Assembly: GCA_049570475.1 (NCBI GenBank)
Contig: CP186953.1
Location: 416,001-480,000, forward strand
DNA: 64,000 nt
Reading direction: 5' to 3'
Source: Candidatus Methanosuratincola verstraetei
Lineage (GTDB): Archaea > Thermoproteota > Methanomethylicia > Methanomethylicales > Methanomethylicaceae
Shown: one piece after another, positions 48,586 through 57,490 of the stretch
How the letters are laid out: every line of letters starts with the position of its first letter
Position numbering within the stretch: the first letter of the stretch is position 1
Notes under the pieces: model-generated
The model's database searches: none
What the model saw: the letters and a program-made list of their open reading frames with translations, nothing else
What the model was told of the DNA's origin: nothing
Made by a program: the position numbers and the translations under genes

Positions 48586-50133
48586 TCAGTGTGGCGTTCC
48601 AGCCTTAGCAGGCTTGGCACCCCCGGACTCGAGTTTCGACTGTGCCTCATCTATCGCTGACGAGACCAGTTGGACCAGCCTCTCGCGCACGTCCACTGCG
48701 TCCGCATCGCCCTCGAGCAGCATTATCTCCTCGGCGAGCCTGGGCAGTCCAAGGACCTCTCCGACCCAACGCCGCAGATCCCCCCTGGAGAGGTGGAAAC
48801 GCAGGGCGCCCACGTCGACAGACTGGAGGGCGGCCTTCAGCGAGCTCAGGTTCGTGGCCTTGACGCCGACCGGCTTGCCCAGCCCGGCACAGAAGTGGAA
48901 AGCATGCGCATCAGGGAGGTCGCCGTGGAGAATCCGGTAGGACCTTCCCTCTTCGCCGATCTTTGCATAGAGCCTGGATCTGAAGTCTGCGATGGTCCAC
49001 AGGAATGTCGAGAAGGCCTCCACCGGGCTGCTGAAGTGCGAGAAGTAGGAGTGTATCCCGCCGTCCACGCCCTGCTTGTCGCTCATGTACAGGAAGTTGT
49101 CGCTCTGACCGAGGAGCCTCCACACCCGCAAATCGTCCACGGACTTCTTTGCCAAAGGGTGGAGGTATCGCAGGTTCTCCAGGCAGTATCGCTGGAGTTC
49201 GTTGCCGAGCCAAGCGGAAAGGTCCTTCTCAGAGTCCGCCCCCGAGGAGTAGTCCTTCGCCTCCACCGCTCCCCTTGGATCCAGGGCTTCGGCTGCCTGC
49301 CCCGGTGTAGCCCATTCCACACCTTCCCTCTTCTGCGCCTCCTCCGGGAGCGAATCGAGGAACTCCATTATGCCGCTCCCCTCCCCGAAGTACTCGCCGA
49401 AAGCCTCAAGGTTGAATCCCAGCAGCACAAAATCCCCCTTCTGGGAGAGGACTTGATCCAAGTAGTACCCAGGCTTGAGCGGGGAGCCGCCAGGGCCGGA
49501 CTCGGCGAACCTGAAGTTCACCATGTCTGAGAGGGGATAGTTCCTCGGGATGATCCTCAAGCCCCCGTCTCCCGATGAATATAGGCAGTTCGGCGACCTG
49601 AGCCCGAGGAGCCTCTCGGTCCCCTCTACGATGACGGAATTGAACCCGAGGGCCCGCATCACCTTCCAGGCGTCCTCCCTCGAGATCAGCCCCGTGTTCT
49701 TCGCCGTTTTCGGGGTCTGCTTGAAGAGCTTCTCGGCGGCCATCCTCTGCATCTCCAGCTGGGCGGCGAGCTCCTCAGGGGAGAAGAGTGAGGAGATGGA
49801 ACCGTAGTACGGCTGGGCGATAAGCTCGCAGGATCCGGTTTCGACGATCTTCTTTATCTTTCCCACAAGATCAGGACCCCAGGCTGCAGCCTGCTCGAGC
49901 AGCGTCCCGGAGACGCAAATGGCGCACTTGAAGGCGTTGCGCTCGATGGACCTGAGTATCGAGTCCAGCGCCGGCAGGTATGCGGCCCTCGAGACGCGCA
50001 GGAATGTCTCCCTGTTGAGGGCGTCATCGAAGTAGAAGTTTTCGAGCTTTGTGCCTGGCTGGAGCGCCCTCCCAAACTGCCTCTTCAGGCGCCTGGGCTG
50101 GTGCAGTTCGAAAAGGGGTATGATCAAGACCAT
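48586..50133 (-). CDS. GH57 alpha-amylase-like protein lacking catalytic residues, with C-terminal DUF5752-like domain
   Basis: ELHQP, RNYPLSD..FRF, SAWLGN, SDNFLYM; catalytic Glu and Asp replaced by Gly and Asn; tail AFHF...A.NL..L...FHL.RGDL..WV. Confidence 0.85.
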   Translation of the reverse strand: MVLIIPLFELHQPRRLKRQFGRALQPGTKLENFYFDDALNRETFLRVSRAAYLPALDSILRSIERNAFKCAICVSGTLLEQAAAWGPDLVGKIKKIVETGSCELIAQPYYGSISSLFSPEELAAQLEMQRMAAEKLFKQTPKTAKNTGLISREDAWKVMRALGFNSVIVEGTERLLGLRSPNCLYSSGDGGLRIIPRNYPLSDMVNFRFAESGPGGSPLKPGYYLDQVLSQKGDFVLLGFNLEAFGEYFGEGSGIMEFLDSLPEEAQKREGVEWATPGQAAEALDPRGAVEAKDYSSGADSEKDLSAWLGNELQRYCLENLRYLHPLAKKSVDDLRVWRLLGQSDNFLYMSDKQGVDGGIHSYFSHFSSPVEAFSTFLWTIADFRSRLYAKIGEEGRSYRILHGDLPDAHAFHFCAGLGKPVGVKATNLSSLKAALQSVDVGALRFHLSRGDLRRWVGEVLGLPRLAEEIMLLEGDADAVDVRERLVQLVSSAIDEAQSKLESGGAKPAKAGTPH

Positions 50134-50235
50134 TCGGATACCATCGCTACATAATCTGTTGGAGGTCTTATTTCAACTTTGGCAGCGGATAGTTTTTTAA
50201 TTCCCGCCCACAAGGAGTAGGCACCGGCGATCGTT

Positions 50236-51267
50236 ATGAGGTTTGATATCGCGTTCATAGGTTTCGGGACGGTCGGCAGGGGTTTCGCAGACCTCTTGCT
50301 TGAGAAGAGGGAGTTGCTCAAGGAAATCGGAGTCGAATGGAAGGTCGTTGCCATATCGGACATAAAGGGAGGATCCGTGTTGGACCCCAGGGGGATCGAC
50401 CTGGCCGAGGCGGTCAGGCTGGCCGATTCAGGCAAGGGCATCGAGGGGATCGGCGGGGAGAAGAAGGGGCTGGGCGCGCTTGAGACGATAAGGGAGAGCG
50501 GCGCCAACTTCGTCGTGGAGGTCACATGGACCAACATCAGGGACGGCGAGCCGGGATACTCCCACATAAGGACCGCGCTCGAGATGGGGAAGCACGTCGC
50601 AACCACCAACAAGGGGCCGATCGCGCTCCACTACAGGGAGCTGATGAGGATCTCTTCGGAGAGAGGCGGGAGGCTGAGGTTCGAGGGGACTGTGCTCAGC
50701 GGGACCCCCGTCTTCAATCTGTTCGACGGGCCGCTCTCAGCCAGCAGGGTCACATCAATAAGGGGGATAGTGAACGGCACTACCAACCTCATACTCTCAG
50801 AGATGGAGAAGGGGAGGGGCTACGCGGATGTCCTGAAGGAGGCACAGAGGATGGGTTATGCGGAGGCGGACCCGACTATGGACGTGGAGGGCTGGGATGC
50901 AGCCGCCAAGGCAGCCATTCTAGCCAACCACTTCTTCGGGGCAGACATCAAGCCAGAGAATGTGGTAAGGAAGGGCATCTCAGGGCTAACGCTAGAGGAG
51001 GTCACAGGCGCGATAAGGAAGGGCGGGCGGATCAAGCTCCTTGCGAGGGCATGGAGGGACGAACGCGGAGAGGCTAGGGCTGAGGTATCGCCCACCTGGC
51101 TCCCGGCGTCCGATCCCCTGGCTAGCATCGGGGGCGTGTCCAACGCGCTGACGTTCAGCACCGACACGCTGGGCGAGGTCACGATCGTAGGCCCGGGCGC
51201 AGGCAGGAGAGCCACTGGGTATGCGCTGATGGCAGACATGATCAGCATTGCGAGGAGCCTCGCCTAG
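50236..51267 (+). CDS. hom: homoserine dehydrogenase (no ACT domain)
   Basis: GFGTVG, TNKGP, GIVNGTTN, GYAEADP..DVEGWD, GPGAG. Confidence 0.96.
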   Translation: MRFDIAFIGFGTVGRGFADLLLEKRELLKEIGVEWKVVAISDIKGGSVLDPRGIDLAEAVRLADSGKGIEGIGGEKKGLGALETIRESGANFVVEVTWTNIRDGEPGYSHIRTALEMGKHVATTNKGPIALHYRELMRISSERGGRLRFEGTVLSGTPVFNLFDGPLSASRVTSIRGIVNGTTNLILSEMEKGRGYADVLKEAQRMGYAEADPTMDVEGWDAAAKAAILANHFFGADIKPENVVRKGISGLTLEEVTGAIRKGGRIKLLARAWRDERGEARAEVSPTWLPASDPLASIGGVSNALTFSTDTLGEVTIVGPGAGRRATGYALMADMISIARSLA

Positions 51268-51324
51268 CGCGCAAGGCACCTCCAATTTTTAGGTTAATGG
51301 GAGGTAGCCCTCCCACCAATGACG

Positions 51325-51338
51325 CGAAATAAATAAAA
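51325..51338 (+). promoter_or_regulatory. BRE/TATA of tRNA-Ala
   Basis: CGAAA-TAAATAA about 30 nt upstream of the tRNA. Confidence 0.55.
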
Positions 51339-51366
51339 ATAACGTCGGACTTGCAGCATACGGAAA

Positions 51367-51441
51367 GGGCTGGTAGATTAGCGGCAGATCACCTGCCTTG
51401 CACGCAGGGGGTCGTGGGTTCAAATCCCACCCAGTCCACCA
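51367..51441 (+). tRNA. tRNA-Ala(TGC), CCA encoded
   Basis: Cloverleaf with CCTGC-CTTGCAC-GCAGG and the G3:U70 identity pair. Confidence 0.97.
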
Positions 51442-51681
51442 TCCATCTGCTTATAAAACAGGTATTCGAAAAAGGATTCCAAGCCAATTTGACTTTTTTT
51501 GGAGCGCCCGAAACGGGACATGCTTTAATCTCCGACTGTTCGGATGGCACGAAAGTCTTTAGCGTTTTGCATCATCCGGGGAAGGCTGCGGATCAATGGA
51601 TGATTGTGCGGAAAAAAGGCAAATGCAATGCTTTCTGGATGAGTGAAGGAAAATAAAAAAAAGAAAGGGAGTTTTTGGCTA

Positions 51682-53931
51682 TTAATAGACTATCGGGTAA
51701 CAAGGAGCAGGGCATACGAAGTAATACCAGTTGTTATTCAGCCCGTCGCATAGATCCTTCCAGTAAGCCTGGGCAGCCTTGTCCGACCCTGAGAGCGCTG
51801 CGTTGGCGTTCTCAATTATCTCGCCGATTGAAATGAACCCGGTCGGCACGTAAGATGAGGGTCCAACGTATACCATCGTGGAATTGGAGAGGAAGCTCTT
51901 CTGGACGTTGAGCATTGTGCCGATCAGCTGGGCTGAGAGCATCCAGCTCATGTCCTTGGCGTTGGCGCTGAGCAGGTAGTTCCTGATCTGGGATTTTGCC
52001 GTGCTGAGATCGCTGCTGAAGGGCGGGTACGCCCACCCGGACGGCTTGTAGAGGTTGAGGGCATTGAGCTTGGCGACGTCGTTTATGTTGATCAGCGCCT
52101 GACCGTTCTTGTTAGACCAGAAGCCTATCGTCTTGCCTCCGTGACCTGGATCAAGGCAGACGTTTCCGAATTTGACTGGTTGGGCCGTCCCTGGCACCTC
52201 GACGGTGTAGCAAGTTGCGGTGGTGTTGACCCAGTTGACTGGCATTACCTCGCTCACTTTGTAGGTGCCTTCAGGGACTGTGAAGCAGACCCAGCCAGTC
52301 GCATTCGTAAACTGCTCGTCGATAAGGGTGCCGTTCGCGTAAAGGAGCTGTATCTTGAATCCCTCGACCGCCGGCTCGCCTTCGTCCCAGACTCCGTTCA
52401 GGTTGGCGTCGTAGAACTTGAAAGCCTCGATGCGGCCGTAGACTGTCACTGTCACGGTCCAAGAATCGCTGCCAGTCGTTCCAGTGTCGCAGGTCTCGAA
52501 TGATGCGGTGTTGGTTAATTTGTATGTGCCGGGCTCACCGCTGAGTATCCATCCATAGGAGTACCCGAAAGTGTACGGCAGCTCATCTTCAGCGCGCACT
52601 TCGCCAAGGTAACCATAGTTGTCGTCCGTAACGGATATGCACTCGTCAATTTCATTGATCTCAGCCTTGGTAAAGTCCACACACGCCGCCGCGGTGAAAC
52701 TCGTGGTGCCGGAAGGAACTTTCTCTGCCCACCCGTACTCATAGTTCTGCATCGTAACCGTCACAGTGTTAGTGCGAGACGAGTTGTCGGGGAGGCTGGC
52801 AGTATAGGTCCCAGTTAAAGTTCCACCGGCTGGAAGGGTGTACGGGAAAGTTACTCCGAAATCAACAGTGGCAGGTATATCCGGAGAGACTATGTCTGCT
52901 ATACTGTTTATTACAGCATCTATGGGTGCGGGATTTTCAACGGTAATAGTTCCTGTAACGGTCCAATCACTGTCGGTGTACGAGGCGTCCACGGTAACCT
53001 CATAGCCCACAGGCAGGGTTTCCGGGACTTCTCCTAACATGAACTCGACTTCGGTCAAGTTGCCGACTTTTTCTATTGTCCAAGAGTAGGTCCTGGTGAA
53101 AGAGGTCTCTGCGGTCTTATTTACGCGGAGCGCCCAAATATTGACGCTGCTGGTGTCCCAGGCCTCGAGCTTAATGTCGCCATAGTAACCCGATGCTGTT
53201 GCGTTGTTCGTCAGTACCCCCACATCTCCAGCTGAGGCTATGTAATACGCTTTGAAGATCCAAGTCTCGCCCGGATCGAGGAGATTATTACCGTTAGTGT
53301 CGCCGGTCACGTAGGTCGCGGACCCTGTGACGTTGTCAATAACAGTCACACCGCTTAACGGGACGTTGCCGGGTTGCACCGTGTAATTGTACCATATCTT
53401 GTCGCCGACGAACGCGTCCTCCACACTGGCGATTTTGTCGATTCTTATTGATGGCGCGGCTAGCGCGAGGTCCCAGCAGAAGGTCACGTGCGAAACGCCG
53501 TAAGGTTTGTTGTTGTTGGGGTTATTCGGGGCATACAGCCCAGTGTCGGAACCCACCTGCGGATCATAGCTGAAGATATTGGCAGAGGTCCCGCCCTTGA
53601 CTATGACGCAGCCGATGGGGTTTGTAGCCGACCAGTCAAAGTGTGTCCCATTGTTGTTGCTAATCGTTATCGTGTTGGTGTGGCCATCAGGGAATGCTGC
53701 AACGACGGTATAATTAGTGCCTACCGAACTCCAATCGATCTTGTAGCTGTACTGGTACGTTTTATTTGTATAAGTTGATGCCTGGCAGCACTCGGACGTT
53801 GCATTACCGGCTTGCCAATTTCCCACGGTTATTGGCTCCACCGAAGCGCCGAGGATCGGCAGCACAGCCATAGGCAGTACCGCCGTGATCATAATTGCAG
53901 CGGCGATTAGCCCTGCGAATATTTTTTCCAT
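51682..53931 (-). CDS. secreted Ig-like repeat surface protein (DUF11-like and SdrD-B/SpaA-like modules)
   Basis: Signal peptide, T/N-rich beta sandwiches, GDTNGNNLLDPGETW, KFYDANLNGVWDEGEP...G. Confidence 0.8.
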   Translation of the reverse strand: MEKIFAGLIAAAIMITAVLPMAVLPILGASVEPITVGNWQAGNATSECCQASTYTNKTYQYSYKIDWSSVGTNYTVVAAFPDGHTNTITISNNNGTHFDWSATNPIGCVIVKGGTSANIFSYDPQVGSDTGLYAPNNPNNNKPYGVSHVTFCWDLALAAPSIRIDKIASVEDAFVGDKIWYNYTVQPGNVPLSGVTVIDNVTGSATYVTGDTNGNNLLDPGETWIFKAYYIASAGDVGVLTNNATASGYYGDIKLEAWDTSSVNIWALRVNKTAETSFTRTYSWTIEKVGNLTEVEFMLGEVPETLPVGYEVTVDASYTDSDWTVTGTITVENPAPIDAVINSIADIVSPDIPATVDFGVTFPYTLPAGGTLTGTYTASLPDNSSRTNTVTVTMQNYEYGWAEKVPSGTTSFTAAACVDFTKAEINEIDECISVTDDNYGYLGEVRAEDELPYTFGYSYGWILSGEPGTYKLTNTASFETCDTGTTGSDSWTVTVTVYGRIEAFKFYDANLNGVWDEGEPAVEGFKIQLLYANGTLIDEQFTNATGWVCFTVPEGTYKVSEVMPVNWVNTTATCYTVEVPGTAQPVKFGNVCLDPGHGGKTIGFWSNKNGQALININDVAKLNALNLYKPSGWAYPPFSSDLSTAKSQIRNYLLSANAKDMSWMLSAQLIGTMLNVQKSFLSNSTMVYVGPSSYVPTGFISIGEIIENANAALSGSDKAAQAYWKDLCDGLNNNWYYFVCPAPCYPIVY

Positions 53932-54398
53932 TTTTTTTCCTCCTTTTTGAAAATCCAAGATCAAATTCCCACACGTCCTATTTATCTTTATCCAAATTCA
54001 AATTTTCGATTTCTTAATTTGTTTTTTAGTAAAGCAATTATACAGTTTTTGTTATTTCTGTAATATTGTAAAACAGTAGAACAATAATATGCCTCTTTGC
54101 AGGCACGTGAAAGAGCCCCAGCATTCAAAGGAAGAAAGGAAAAATCGCCTCTAGTGGATTGCCGCCGAATAAACCTGAACGGCACGATGTGGATTGGTCA
54201 AACCGGCAGTGCATCCAGCACCCAAGTCGCTTAACCAGAAAGGCGCAGGGAACGTAGCGCCTGCATACGCACTGCGGGTGTGGCTGACCCGGGTCCAGCG
54301 CAGCACAGCGAAATTATCTTGGGGTCTAGGGTAGAACCGATATTTTAATTAATTCGGAACGGGCCCCGCTCTTAAGTAGCCAGGGTCTGCGAAGCCGC

Positions 54399-54656
54399 CT
54401 AGGACTTCTTCCAGGCGTCGTTGGAGAACTCTATCGCCTCGATGACCCTCACACCCAGCTCGGCGTCGGTGCATTCCTGGCAGTACATCACAAAGCCGTC
54501 GAAGGCGAAGAAGTGGACATTCTTCACCCGGTATATCCGCTGCGGCTGCGCTATCCTGACCATCTCCAGGAATTGGTCCCTCCTGAACTTCACGCGGTAC
54601 GAGCTGGACCTCTCCGCCTCCTCTGCGGCTGCGGCGGCTCCCCCTCCGTATGCCAT
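54399..54656 (-). CDS. hypothetical protein
   Basis: 85 aa ORF with host-like codon use, GGGGG RBS-like sequence and Ala-rich N-terminus. Confidence 0.7.
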   Translation of the reverse strand: MAYGGGAAAAAEEAERSSSYRVKFRRDQFLEMVRIAQPQRIYRVKNVHFFAFDGFVMYCQECTDAELGVRVIEAIEFSNDAWKKS

Positions 54657-54747
54657 ATCCGAACCCCCTGGATCATATGCGCCAAAAGAGATAAGAGGCT
54701 AACTGAAAGGGGGCGTGAAGGGTGCCACTTACCCTCTAGTGTGAGCG

Positions 54748-56568
54748 CTATTTTTGCCTCTCAGTGCCGCTGGAAGCGGGAAGCACCAGCATGAAAGTCG
54801 TGCCCGCGCCTTTTGAGCTCTTGACCTCGATCCTTCCCCCAAGCCCCTCGACGAGCCTCTTGCACACCGCCAGCCCGAGGCCCGTGCCCTTGGCTTTTGT
54901 GGTGAAGAGGGGCGTGAATATCCTCTTCAACGTCTCTTCGTCCATTCCTACCCCTGTGTCCCGAACCTCGATCCTGAGCTCTCCCCCCGAAAGGGATGCC
55001 GCGAGCGTGAGCGTGCCCCCGTCGGGCATCGCCTGCAGGGCGTTGTTCACCAGGTTGTGGAGTATCCGCTTCAGGATCTGCGGATCGGTGAGTGCGCGCT
55101 CTGCCCCCGGCTTGATCTCTATGTCTACCTGGACGTCCTTTGGGATTTTCAGTTCGTCGAGAAGGTCCTTGAAGAGCTGCCCAAGATCCACCTCCTCCTT
55201 CTTGGCGTTAAATGGCCTTGTGAAATCCTGGAGGTCAGATACAATCTTGTCCATGTACGCAACATTGTCCCTGAGCCGCTTCATCCACTTCGAAAGCGCC
55301 TCCCTCTTGTCAGGGGGGAGAGAGGATCCCTCCTGTTCCATCAGGTAGGCGATGTTCATGATGGACTGGAGCGGGTTCCTCAGGTCGTGGCCAACCATTG
55401 CCGCTGTCTCCCCTATCGCGGCGAGGCGCTCCTTTTCCCTCAGCTTTGCCGTCTGCTCCTCCACAAGCTCCTTCAAGTGGGCAGCATACCTCTTGAGCTC
55501 TTCAGAGGAGCTTTCCAGCGAGGAGAGCATCCAGTTGGCGCTCTTTGCCAGGTCCGATATCTCGTCATCGCCCTCTTCCCGGACGCGCCTCGAGAAGTCT
55601 CTCCTCTCGCCTATCTCAATTATCTCATTCCTGAGCCTGGAGATCTTCCTCATGAATCCGATTTCGATGAGTGCATAAAGGGCTATGAAAGAAAACGAAA
55701 GGGTCAGAAATGCGCTAGAGACCGAATGTGCCAGTGCGGCAAGGCTCGTCCTATAGAAATGCCGGTCGAGTCTGACTCCCAATGCCAGCGAAGGGCTCCC
55801 GGACACGTCCTTGATCATGGCATAGCCCAAGACCGTGCTTGAGTTGATAGGTACGATGGCAGTCCCCCCGGAGGCGAGAGCGTCCTTTGCGGAGGCGAAC
55901 TCCTCAGGGAGCGCAAGCGAGTCGTACGGCTGCAGGGAGACGGGCAAGAGGATTGTCTGGGAAATTGAGTCCACGGCACGCTGGTCAAGAAACCTCCCCA
56001 TGAATAGTGCGCCAGCAGGTGGGCCCTCCCTTGAGCTCTTCAGAACAGGCTGCACAGAGAATAGCATCGGACCACCCGGAAGCACCAGTATCCCGCTTTT
56101 CCCGCCCTCCATCGCCAGGGAAGCCAGCCCGCCCAGCTCTTCATGAAGCCCTTCAGGGAGCGGGATCTCTTCACTGTTTTCATAATCGTAGGCTTTCCCG
56201 AGGACAAGCCCCCCATCCGGATCGAGGAAGAGCATCACATTCACCTTAAGCGATTCAAATGATCCTGGGACGACGTTGGACTCCGGATAGCCGGCATAAT
56301 TGCCCTGGAGAAACTGGTAAGTGTCGTCCCAATACGCCCAGTCCTTTGTGGAGGACTCGATCTGGGATATGCTGATGTTGATGACGTTGAGCGCCCTCGT
56401 CAGCCCCTCGCCAACCTCCTCGCTCTCAGCCCTCTCGAAGGCAGGCAGGACAAACACATTGACTGCCGCCACGATGACCAAGAATGCGACGACCGCGATT
56501 GCTGCCAGAGCGAGTGAGATCTTTACCCTCATTCGCATTTCGATCATCTTTCTAGGGGTTTGTTTCAA
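54748..56568 (-). CDS. CHASE4-HAMP sensor histidine kinase
   Basis: DWAYWDDTY (CHASE4), DEI..LA (HAMP), HDLRNPL, NLVNNA, DTGVG, FTTK..GTGLGL. Confidence 0.93.
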   Translation of the reverse strand: MKQTPRKMIEMRMRVKISLALAAIAVVAFLVIVAAVNVFVLPAFERAESEEVGEGLTRALNVINISISQIESSTKDWAYWDDTYQFLQGNYAGYPESNVVPGSFESLKVNVMLFLDPDGGLVLGKAYDYENSEEIPLPEGLHEELGGLASLAMEGGKSGILVLPGGPMLFSVQPVLKSSREGPPAGALFMGRFLDQRAVDSISQTILLPVSLQPYDSLALPEEFASAKDALASGGTAIVPINSSTVLGYAMIKDVSGSPSLALGVRLDRHFYRTSLAALAHSVSSAFLTLSFSFIALYALIEIGFMRKISRLRNEIIEIGERRDFSRRVREEGDDEISDLAKSANWMLSSLESSSEELKRYAAHLKELVEEQTAKLREKERLAAIGETAAMVGHDLRNPLQSIMNIAYLMEQEGSSLPPDKREALSKWMKRLRDNVAYMDKIVSDLQDFTRPFNAKKEEVDLGQLFKDLLDELKIPKDVQVDIEIKPGAERALTDPQILKRILHNLVNNALQAMPDGGTLTLAASLSGGELRIEVRDTGVGMDEETLKRIFTPLFTTKAKGTGLGLAVCKRLVEGLGGRIEVKSSKGAGTTFMLVLPASSGTERQK

Positions 56569-57006
56569 GGTTCTTTAACCTTTCTAGACCAAACAGCAAG
56601 CATATAGAAGGTTTCCACGCGCCACCAATCCACCTTCTGCCCGGATTGCCTGCCCATCTATTGGGCGGCGCCGGCAAAGAGCCTGAGGGGGCTGGTCAGG
56701 GCTGCGGCGTGCACTTAGCGGGAGGTGAGGAAATAGGGGCGTCGGGCTCAGCCACGGCGCCCCAAATGGGGGGGCATGCACTTTTTATGCCTTCCCCCAA
56801 GCCACGGGATTCGGATGGGTTCACCCATTTTACAGCAGTATATGCCTGGACCCGCCCCCAATCTGAATTCCAGCCCATGAGCGACTGGCCTGGGCTTGAG
56901 GAGGAAGAGGGGATGCAGCCATTTAGCGTGCCCAGCTTGCAGCGATCAAACGAATATCCCCCCACGGATTTTGCGCGATAATTTTTTTTACGGGCTGCGA
57001 GAGAAT

Positions 57007-57441
57007 ATGCTTATGCTCCTAGGATTGGTCGCGCTCGCTTTCATCATTGCAGCACTCCTGGCAATGTGGGCGCTGGTATCCATCCCAGTGTACCTCGCGG
57101 CTAAAGCCTTAACGGGGGGCAGGGCCTCATTGGCCGGGGCAATGGTTGCGACGCTTTTCGGCGCCATAGTGTATTCGTTTGTTGCCTGGCTAGGTGCGAT
57201 CTTGTTCTGGGCATTTTTTGGCGCGGGATCCCAACTGCTCGGTTCAATAGTGGCATTCCTGGCACTGCTCTGGGTCTACAAGTCCGTTTTCAGGGTCGGG
57301 TGGCTGCAGGCCTTCGGCGTGGCAGTGCTTGCCATCGTGATCATGACTGCGATAATGTTCCTGATAGGCGCCATCGCGTCTATTCCGGTATTTGTGCTGA
57401 GGGCTACGCCGCCCTGGTCCGGATGGGGAATCCCTTTGTGA
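57007..57441 (+). CDS. hypothetical membrane protein (about 4 TM)
   Basis: Hydrophobic ORF with YKSVF.VGWL.A motif. Confidence 0.75.
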   Translation: MLMLLGLVALAFIIAALLAMWALVSIPVYLAAKALTGGRASLAGAMVATLFGAIVYSFVAWLGAILFWAFFGAGSQLLGSIVAFLALLWVYKSVFRVGWLQAFGVAVLAIVIMTAIMFLIGAIASIPVFVLRATPPWSGWGIPL

Positions 57442-57490
57442 AGGATCAAAAACTATTTTTGAACCGCAGACCGATCTATTCGGGAGGAAC

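Noticed and set aside
32080-57490. Integrated elements at tRNA-Phe, tRNA-Gly or tRNA-Ala
   Set aside because: No integrase or transposase, and no duplicated tRNA 3' end found by eye.
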